Part shown: piece after piece, positions 57,353 to 64,000 of the stretch
How the letters are laid out: the number at the start of each line of letters is the position of its first letter
Position numbering within the stretch: the first letter of the stretch is position 1
NCBI GenBank assembly: GCA_026395965.1
Contig: JAPLXS010000004.1
Span: 686-64,685, forward strand
DNA from: Candidatus Nomurabacteria bacterium
GTDB lineage: Bacteria; Patescibacteriota; Minisyncoccia; Phycocordibacterales; UBA9973
DNA: 64,000 nt
Direction of reading: 5' to 3'
Position numbers and translations under genes: made by a program
Notes under the pieces: generated by a model
The model's input: only the letters and a program-made list of their open reading frames with translations
What the model was told of the DNA's origin: nothing
Database searches by the model: none

Positions 57353-58050
57353 ATATAAAAAAATTTACAGGTAAAATAAACAAAATAATAGATTTATCAG
57401 AAACAGCAAAAGAGATTCATATTTCTTTGTCGGAACCAATAGACTTTCTTTCAGGGTCATTTGTAAATTTGTTTTTAGGTATAAATGGTGAGAAAACTAG
57501 ACGTGCTTATTCTATATCTTCTTCTTCGTCACTACATGATGAGATTACTCTATCTATAAGACTAAGTCCTACGGGTACAGTGACACCATTGTTTTGGAAT
57601 AAAAATATGATAGACGAAACTGTTGAATTGATGGGACCATTGGGATTAAATACTGTTGATAAAATGAAACACAATAAAGTTTATTTATTTGCTTTTGGTG
57701 TTGGATCTGGTGTTGTAAAATCAGTTGCTGATTATTTTGCAAATATTAAAAAAGTTGAAAGTCTTGTGATTATAACAGGTAGTAGAAGTGAAGACGAAAT
57801 ACTTTATAAAGAATATTTTAATGACCTAGCAAAGAATTTTGAAAATATTTCTGTAATGCATGTTGTATCTCAACTTAGAGAAGGTTCAACTGTTCCAAAA
57901 GGATATATACAAGACCATCTAGATGGGTTTGATTTTAATAATTCAGATGTATATGTTTGTGGACAAGAAAAAGCTTGTGACCAGCTAGTTGAAAAGGTTA
58001 AATCAACAAATCCAGAAGATTGTATTTTCTTTATAGAAGCATTTCATTAG
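57349..58050 (+). CDS. FNR/Fre-like FAD- and NAD(P)H-binding oxidoreductase
   Basis: RAYSISS, GPLG, FGVG and VYVCG; C-terminal EAF. Confidence 0.85.
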   Translation: MNIKKFTGKINKIIDLSETAKEIHISLSEPIDFLSGSFVNLFLGINGEKTRRAYSISSSSSLHDEITLSIRLSPTGTVTPLFWNKNMIDETVELMGPLGLNTVDKMKHNKVYLFAFGVGSGVVKSVADYFANIKKVESLVIITGSRSEDEILYKEYFNDLAKNFENISVMHVVSQLREGSTVPKGYIQDHLDGFDFNNSDVYVCGQEKACDQLVEKVKSTNPEDCIFFIEAFH

Positions 58051-59054
58051 TTGATCTCTATATCAACGTATGCAACTTGAGGGAATTCTTCTCTTATCTT
58101 TTTTTCTATTTTATCTATATGGTTACCTACTAGTCTAGGAATACGATCAGTAGTTCTAAACATTAGCTTGGCAAATTCTTGGAAATTATTTTTGATGTTA
58201 TCAAATTCTTCTTTTAAATCGCCCGCCTCATATATTTCTTCATAGAGAGGGGAACCGTTCCACTCAACAGTAGTATAGATTCTATATTTATTGATATCTA
58301 CAGCCACAGATTTAAATTCTGAAATATTTTCTATGCAGGGGTCTTTTAATAAAAATTCTATGATTTCTTCTGTTGTATTTTCATCCAATGATTTACCTAT
58401 AATATATTGATGGTTTTTTACGATAAGAATAACAGCCAAAAAGCCTAGAATCAGACCTACTATTATTCCACCAATAGAGTCATATATATTATCACCTGTG
58501 AAATGCATTAAAAATTGTGCAGCAAGTGCAACTACAACACCGAGTACAGCTGCACCGTCTTCATATACAACAGCTAGTGTCACAGGGTCGGCATCTTCAA
58601 AAATTTTCCTAGAGAGTTTTTTATCACCCATGAGTTCCCGCAAGGCAATCACTAAAGTTGTACCTTCTACTATAAAAGCAAGACACAAAACAAAAATTAT
58701 TGAATAATTAAAATCATGTATGTTGCTGCTATTGTGATTAATAAGAGAATCTAAAGAGTGATATACAGTAACACCTGCACCTATAAATAAAATTCCACAA
58801 GCAGATATTAAAGACCAAAAAAATCTTTCAATACCATATCCATAACCGCGAGATTCATCTGCTGGCCTTTTTGATCTTTTTAGTCCTACTAAAAGTAAAG
58901 ATTGGTTTAATGTGTCAGCAAAGCTGTGTACACTTTCGGCAAACATACTAGCTGAACCAGAGAAAATAGCAACTATTGTTTTTATTATAGTTACAAATAC
59001 ATTACCTATAAGAGCTGAAATGACTGATTTATTGCCTTGGGTGTTGTGAGACAT
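58047..59054 (-). CDS. Cation diffusion facilitator transporter
   Basis: SASMFAESVHSFADTLNQ, YGYG.ERF.W and ED.AA. Confidence 0.88.
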   Translation of the reverse strand: MSHNTQGNKSVISALIGNVFVTIIKTIVAIFSGSASMFAESVHSFADTLNQSLLLVGLKRSKRPADESRGYGYGIERFFWSLISACGILFIGAGVTVYHSLDSLINHNSSNIHDFNYSIIFVLCLAFIVEGTTLVIALRELMGDKKLSRKIFEDADPVTLAVVYEDGAAVLGVVVALAAQFLMHFTGDNIYDSIGGIIVGLILGFLAVILIVKNHQYIIGKSLDENTTEEIIEFLLKDPCIENISEFKSVAVDINKYRIYTTVEWNGSPLYEEIYEAGDLKEEFDNIKNNFQEFAKLMFRTTDRIPRLVGNHIDKIEKKIREEFPQVAYVDIEIN

Positions 59055-59198
59055 GGCATAGATTATATCATATAAAATGTTTTATTTGAGTAAATATAAA
59101 AATATACATAAAATACTCATAATTATAAATTAGTACATATGGTATATGTATAGTATACTCCTGGTGTCGTATTAATATAATCTCATCTATAAAACTAT

Positions 59199-59330
59199 AT
59201 GCAAGAAGAAGAAACAACTACAGTTGAAGAAACAGTAGAAGCCCCAGTAGTAGAAGAAACAACTACAGCCGAAGAAACTGTAGAAGCTCCTACAGAAGAA
59301 GCAACACCAACAGAAGAAACAGCTGCATAA
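59199..59330 (+). CDS. Small acidic low-complexity protein, 43 aa (not in ORF track)
   Basis: MQEEETTTVEETVEAPVVEETTTAEETVEAPTEEATPTEETAA; hairpin follows. Confidence 0.55.
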   Translation: MQEEETTTVEETVEAPVVEETTTAEETVEAPTEEATPTEETAA

Positions 59331-59473
59331 GCTTTTTAAATTAAAAATCCCCTTTGTACTAAAAAAGAAGGGGATTTTTAGTATCTACTTGCTTTTTATT
59401 TATAAAAGGTTATAATACAGACCATAATCATAATAACTTAGCTAATAGTTAGCAGGTAAAATAAATAAAATAT

Positions 59474-60019
59474 ATGGGAAACTATCAAGGTGGCGGCGGA
59501 GGTAATAGAGGAGGTGGTTTCAGAGGTGGCAACGGTGGTGGCGGAAGACCTTTCCGTGGTGGAGACAGAGGCGAGGTTACTATGCACAAAACTACTTGTG
59601 ATGAATGTAAGAAGAGCTGTGAAGTTCCTTTTCGCCCATCAGGTGATAAGCCAGTATTTTGTTCAGATTGTTTTAGTAGTAAGAGAGACGATAGTGACCG
59701 TGCACCAAGAAGAGATTTTGGTGACCGTGCACCAAGAAGAGATTTCAATGATAGACCAGCTGCTCCTTCTTTTGCTAAACCAGCACCAGCTAATGATGAA
59801 GTAAAGAAACAATTAGCAGAAATAAGTACAAAGCTTGATCGTCTTACAAGTGCAATCGAAAAACTTGCTCAACCAAAGATGGAAACTAAATCTACTCCTG
59901 TTGCTGTAAAAGCAGTAGTTAAAGCAGAAGTTAAAAAAGCTCCAGCTAAAGTTGTTGCAAAGAAAGTTGTTGCACTAAAAGCGAAAGCTGTGAAAGTAGT
60001 TGCAAAGAAAAAGAAATAA
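59474..60019 (+). CDS. CxxC-x17-CxxC Zn-ribbon protein with RGG N terminus and K/A-rich tail
   Basis: CDECKKSCEVPFRP....PVFCSDCF. Confidence 0.85.
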   Translation: MGNYQGGGGGNRGGGFRGGNGGGGRPFRGGDRGEVTMHKTTCDECKKSCEVPFRPSGDKPVFCSDCFSSKRDDSDRAPRRDFGDRAPRRDFNDRPAAPSFAKPAPANDEVKKQLAEISTKLDRLTSAIEKLAQPKMETKSTPVAVKAVVKAEVKKAPAKVVAKKVVALKAKAVKVVAKKKK

Positions 60020-60110
60020 TTTTTTGATAATTACTAAAAATAAAAACCCTCAATCGAGGGTTTTTATTTTTTTTAACAAAGATTTAATCATAAATGATAT
60101 AATAAGACTT

Positions 60111-60362
60111 ATGTATTTTGTTTATATATTAGAATGTGCTGATCAAACTTTATATACAGGTTCTACAAATGATCTTAAAAAGAGAATGCACAAGCACAAC
60201 AATCTAAAATCTGGAGCGCATTATACAAAGATACGCAGACCAGTTGTTTTAAAATATTCTGAAGAATTTAATACTTATAAAGAAGTAAGAGCACGTGAAG
60301 CAGAGATAAAACGTATGAAAAGAGAGGAAAAAATAGAATTAATAAAAATAAGTTTCAAATAA
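60111..60362 (+). CDS. GIY-YIG nuclease (UPF0213-like)
   Basis: YFVYILECAD.TLYTG.T.D...R...HN, A.YT..RRPV and RE..IK. Confidence 0.88.
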   Translation: MYFVYILECADQTLYTGSTNDLKKRMHKHNNLKSGAHYTKIRRPVVLKYSEEFNTYKEVRAREAEIKRMKREEKIELIKISFK

Positions 60363-60931
60363 TGCAAAAGACGATACAGCTAGACGGTAAAAATATTACA
60401 TACACGTTAAAAGTTAGTAAACGAGCAAAACATATTAGAGTTGCTGTACTTAGTGACGGAAGTATTGTAGCTACAATTCCACCGTATGTTCCTTTGATAA
60501 TAGTTGAAAATTTTATAGTAAAAAAATCACAATGGATTCTAGATAAGATTGAATATTTTTCAAAATTTAAAGGTAATAGTTTTAAAAAAGGAACTCATTT
60601 GGAATACCTTAAATATAAAAATAAAGCACTAATGTTAGTTACTAATCGTATAGAATATTTTAATAATTTTTATGGTTATAAGTGGAATAAAATTGTTATT
60701 AGAAATCAAAGTACTAGATGGGGAAGTTGCTCAAAAAATGGTAATTTAAATTTTAATTATAAAATAGCATTACTTCCAGAAAATGCAGCCGATTATATTA
60801 TTGTGCATGAACTCTGTCACTTAAGAGAATTTAATCATTCTCATAACTTTTGGAATTTGGTTGCTAAAACTATTCCGGATTATTTAGATATTAGAAGAGA
60901 ACTAAAAAGTAATGGTTTTATACTTAAATAA
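60362..60931 (+). CDS. YgjP/SprT-like zinc metalloprotein (paralogue of 28280-28849)
   Basis: TRWGSCS and YIIVHELCHL. Confidence 0.85.
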   Translation: MQKTIQLDGKNITYTLKVSKRAKHIRVAVLSDGSIVATIPPYVPLIIVENFIVKKSQWILDKIEYFSKFKGNSFKKGTHLEYLKYKNKALMLVTNRIEYFNNFYGYKWNKIVIRNQSTRWGSCSKNGNLNFNYKIALLPENAADYIIVHELCHLREFNHSHNFWNLVAKTIPDYLDIRRELKSNGFILK

Positions 60932-60948
60932 TTTTAGACTAAGAACAT

Positions 60949-60987
60949 TTTAGGGGTCCAACCCCTAACAGGGGTTGGACCCCTAAA
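60949..60987. repeat. REP-like perfect palindrome
   Basis: TTTAGGGGTCCAACCCCT-AAC-AGGGGTTGGACCCCTAAA. Confidence 0.75.
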
Positions 60988-61044
60988 CTACTAATTATAA
61001 AATCCTTTCAATTTAACTCAAAATAAGGTAGAGTAAGGACCTAT

Positions 61045-62517
61045 ATGGCTCAAGGAGAAGTAGTAGTAAGATTTGAAAAGGTTTCTTTTGAATATAGTCA
61101 CAATAAAACAATTTTGGACTGTGTGGATTTTTCTATACGCCGTGGAATGAAAGTCACAATCATGGGACAAAATGGTGCAGGAAAGAGTACAATATTCTCT
61201 TTGATTACAGGAGAAAATGAACCAGAAGATGGACAAATACATAAAGCACAGAGAGCTACTATTGCACTATCCCGCCAGGTTATACCTAGAGACGAACTTA
61301 GTCTCAGTGTCAGAGAATTTTTTGAAAAATGTTTTAAAGAAAAAGTTTATGACATAGATCCAAAAATAGATGATGTTTTAGAAATAGTAAATTTGAAAGG
61401 ACACGAAAAAGTACACGAAAGACTTATGTCATCCTTTTCAGGAGGTCAGCAAGCACGTCTACTTCTTGCTTCTGCTCTTATTCAAGAGCCAGATATTTTG
61501 CTTTTAGATGAGCCAACAAATAACTTGGATAAAGCAGGAATCGCTCACCTTACTGATTTTTTAGTTAAATACAAAAAGACAGTTATTGTTATTTCTCACG
61601 ATGCAGATTTTCTAAATAGATTTACTGATGCAGTTTTATACTTGGATCTTTATACAAAAAAGATAGAACAGTATGTAGGTAACTATACTGACGTAAGAGA
61701 CCAGATTGCTGCAAGAATGGAAAGAGAAAATCGTAAAAATGCGATGCTTTCAAAAGAAATTTTGGCCAAAAAAGAACAAGCCAATGCCTTTGCTATGAAA
61801 GGGGGAAATCTTCGTGCTGTTGCAAAGAGAATGAGAGAACTCGCAGAAACTTTAGAAGAAGAAAAAGTTGATGTAAGAAAAGAAGATAAAGCTATCCGAC
61901 CTTTTACTATTCCTGTGCAGGAAAATATAATAGGCGATCTTGTAACTTTCTCATCTATATCAATATATAAAAATCATAAAATTACAAAAATAAAAGCAAG
62001 CATTAAGCTTCGCAAAAATAAACATTTATTACTCTCTGGTCCAAACGGTATAGGAAAGAGCACTCTTCTTGAGCTAATAGCAAAAAGAAATGCAGAGGGA
62101 ATATTTATAGAGTCAGATGTTCGTATTGGATATTATCGTCAAGATTTCTCAACACTTAATTTCAATGATACTGTGTACGAATCTCTTGCTGAGACCACAA
62201 GGCAAGTAAGTGGAAGAGTAAATGAAGAGGCGATACGCTCTACTGTAGCAGGTTTTCTTATTACAGGAGATATGGTTCATACTAAGATAGGTAGCTTGTC
62301 TGAGGGTCAAAAAGGGCTTGTAGCTTTTGCTCAATTGGTCCTTACTCGTCCAGGATTGCTTATACTAGATGAGCCCACAAACCATATAAACTTTCGTCAC
62401 TTACCTATTATTGCCAAGGCGCTCTCTGAATACCAAGGAGCAATGATCTTGGTATCTCACACTCCAGAATTTGTAGAACAAATAAGAATTGACGAAATAC
62501 TTGATTTAGATAAATAA
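61045..62517 (+). CDS. ABC-F family ATPase
   Basis: Two ABC domains, LDEPTN x2, linker with GNY, no TM. Confidence 0.9.
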   Translation: MAQGEVVVRFEKVSFEYSHNKTILDCVDFSIRRGMKVTIMGQNGAGKSTIFSLITGENEPEDGQIHKAQRATIALSRQVIPRDELSLSVREFFEKCFKEKVYDIDPKIDDVLEIVNLKGHEKVHERLMSSFSGGQQARLLLASALIQEPDILLLDEPTNNLDKAGIAHLTDFLVKYKKTVIVISHDADFLNRFTDAVLYLDLYTKKIEQYVGNYTDVRDQIAARMERENRKNAMLSKEILAKKEQANAFAMKGGNLRAVAKRMRELAETLEEEKVDVRKEDKAIRPFTIPVQENIIGDLVTFSSISIYKNHKITKIKASIKLRKNKHLLLSGPNGIGKSTLLELIAKRNAEGIFIESDVRIGYYRQDFSTLNFNDTVYESLAETTRQVSGRVNEEAIRSTVAGFLITGDMVHTKIGSLSEGQKGLVAFAQLVLTRPGLLILDEPTNHINFRHLPIIAKALSEYQGAMILVSHTPEFVEQIRIDEILDLDK

Positions 62518-62518
62518 T

Positions 62519-62567
62519 AAAAAAACTACTACAAACTCTGCCATGGCAGAGTTTGTAGTAGTTTTTG
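62519..62567. terminator. Bidirectional terminator / long palindrome
   Basis: AAAAAACTACTACAAACTCTGCCA-TGGCAGAGTTTGTAGTAGTTTTT between convergent genes. Confidence 0.75.
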
Positions 62568-62579
62568 TTTGTACGATTT

Positions 62580-63230
62580 TTATATAAATTCTATTACATC
62601 ATCAAAATCTCTTCTTACCTTTGGGTAGTCAATTGTTTTATCTGCGCCACGATATCCGAGAGTAAGCATTGTAATTGATTTTAAATTCTTTTCTTTTAGA
62701 TTTAATATATCATCAACTTTTTCTGAATTAAATCCTTCCATGGGGCAGGTATCTATATCAAGCATAGCTGCTGTTTCAAGCATTATGCCTAAGGGGATGT
62801 ATGCCTGTGATTTAATCCAAGTATCGAGTGTTCCATCTGCAAGCTTTTGAGTGATAGAATTTTCTAGCATAGATTTTAATCCCTCAAGATTACCTTGGCC
62901 ATCTTTAAGAACCTTAGCTGTTCTTTCTATTCTTTCTTTAGTTAAATTGTCGACACTATCTGTTCTATAAGTGATAACGATTAAATGAGAAGCATCTGTT
63001 ATCTGTGATTGATTGTAACCAGCTTCTCTCAATTTTACTCTTGTGTCTTTATTGTTAACTACAATAAATTTCCACATTTCCATACCTATTGAACTAGGGG
63101 ATAGTCTTGCAGATTCTAAAATAACATTCATATCATCTTCTGATATTTTTCTTTCTGAATCAAATATTTTTGTAGCGTAACGCCAGTTTAATGATTCTAA
63201 AATTTTTTTTCTTATCTCATCTTTTTTCAT
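62580..63230 (-). CDS. Nitroreductase family (NfsB-like)
   Basis: WRYATK.FD, RLSPSS.G...W.F and CPMEGF. Confidence 0.9.
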   Translation of the reverse strand: MKKDEIRKKILESLNWRYATKIFDSERKISEDDMNVILESARLSPSSIGMEMWKFIVVNNKDTRVKLREAGYNQSQITDASHLIVITYRTDSVDNLTKERIERTAKVLKDGQGNLEGLKSMLENSITQKLADGTLDTWIKSQAYIPLGIMLETAAMLDIDTCPMEGFNSEKVDDILNLKEKNLKSITMLTLGYRGADKTIDYPKVRRDFDDVIEFI

Positions 63231-63402
63231 ATTGATTTTAATTTATGTTGATTAATAAATACACTAAACCATATTTATTTGACTTTATATAGTTATGGGT
63301 ATATATTCATAATATACCAGGTCGAGTTTAATAGCAAGTTTATTTATAAATATTATATTACTTTACATAAAATATACTGTGATTTAAATATATAAAATCA
63401 AA

Positions 63403-63678
63403 ATGGTAAGACCAAAATGCGATAAAAAAGTAAATTTTTGCCCAAAATACAAGGAATTTAAACCAGAAGGATGCACTAAAAATGCTGACCTTGTTTATAT
63501 TGATATAGAGGAGGCTGAAGCATTAAGATTAAAGAATATAGAAAATCTAAGTCAAAAGGAATCAGCTAATAGAATGGGCATTTCACAAAGTACTTTTCAA
63601 AGAATTTTGGTGTCTGCCTACAAAAAAGTTACAAGTGCTTTGATTGGAGGTAAAATTATTAAGTTAAATGAAAAATAA
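63403..63678 (+). CDS. DUF134 family HTH protein
   Basis: M.RP...FKP...EE.EALRL.....LSQ.E.A..MGISQSTF.RIL..A. Confidence 0.85.
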   Translation: MVRPKCDKKVNFCPKYKEFKPEGCTKNADLVYIDIEEAEALRLKNIENLSQKESANRMGISQSTFQRILVSAYKKVTSALIGGKIIKLNEK

Positions 63679-63681
63679 ATT

Positions 63682-64000
63682 ATGAACAATACAAAAGAAT
63701 TGGTAGAAGATTTAGTAAAGATGATAAATGAAGGTAAAATAATGGATGCATTTGAAAAACACTATGCAGATAATGTAGTAATGCAAGAAAATGAAACAGC
63801 TCCACGTGTAGGTAAAGATGTAAACAGAGAATACGAAAAAGCTTTTGTAGAAGGTATTGTCGAGTTTCATGGTGGTAAAACACTAGGTATAGCAGTAGGT
63901 GACAACTACTCAACAGTAGAATCATTTATGGATGTTACACACAAGGATTGGGGACGAGTAGCTAGAACTCAAGTAGCTGTTCAAAAATGGGAAAATGGTA
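63682..64000 (+). CDS. SnoaL/NTF2-like protein, truncated by window end
   Basis: MNNTKELVEDLVKMINEGKIMDAFEKHYADNVVMQENE..PRVGK...QVAVQKWENG; open to the end. Confidence 0.75.
   Translation, partial: MNNTKELVEDLVKMINEGKIMDAFEKHYADNVVMQENETAPRVGKDVNREYEKAFVEGIVEFHGGKTLGIAVGDNYSTVESFMDVTHKDWGRVARTQVAVQKWENG

Noticed and set aside
63680-63925. 81-aa minus-strand ORF
   Set aside because: The real gene is the plus-strand SnoaL-like ORF starting at 63682 that runs off the window

Overview
AT-rich bacterial chromosome segment whose gene content points to a Patescibacteria/CPR (Parcubacteria-like) genome: secretin-less type IV pilus operon, compacted RF2, and many apparently leaderless genes. The taxonomy is inference. 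Left part (1-28 kb): comF, a type IV pilus cluster (pilMNO, pilB, pilT, pilC, pilA, pilD, minor pilins), ligA, gatCA, prfB, ftsEX, pyrG and six tRNAs. Middle (about 28.1-46.4 kb): an island downstream of tRNA-Gln. It carries a type I R-M system with two embedded accessory genes and an HTH-fused HsdM, a large serine recombinase, a pseudoknotted RNA-like element, a ParB-methylase plus terminase-small-like HTH pair, a NucS-like nuclease and an arsR operon. Right part: transport and accessory genes, plus a two-component system flanked by a rubredoxin operon and an apbE/MsrQ-like/FNR-like operon. These two operons share a TTCAT-N6-TTCAT-N10-(-10) promoter architecture with a distant secreted-protein gene. 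Strongest novelty candidates: (i) this putative haem-independent flavinylation/electron-transfer regulon; (ii) the R-M system with embedded HEPN-like and coiled-coil membrane genes; (iii) the GNRA-rich pseudoknot RNA; (iv) several families of covarying palindromic repeats, including one inserted in frame in the LigA zinc finger. All calls come from reading the sequence by eye; no database searches were run.
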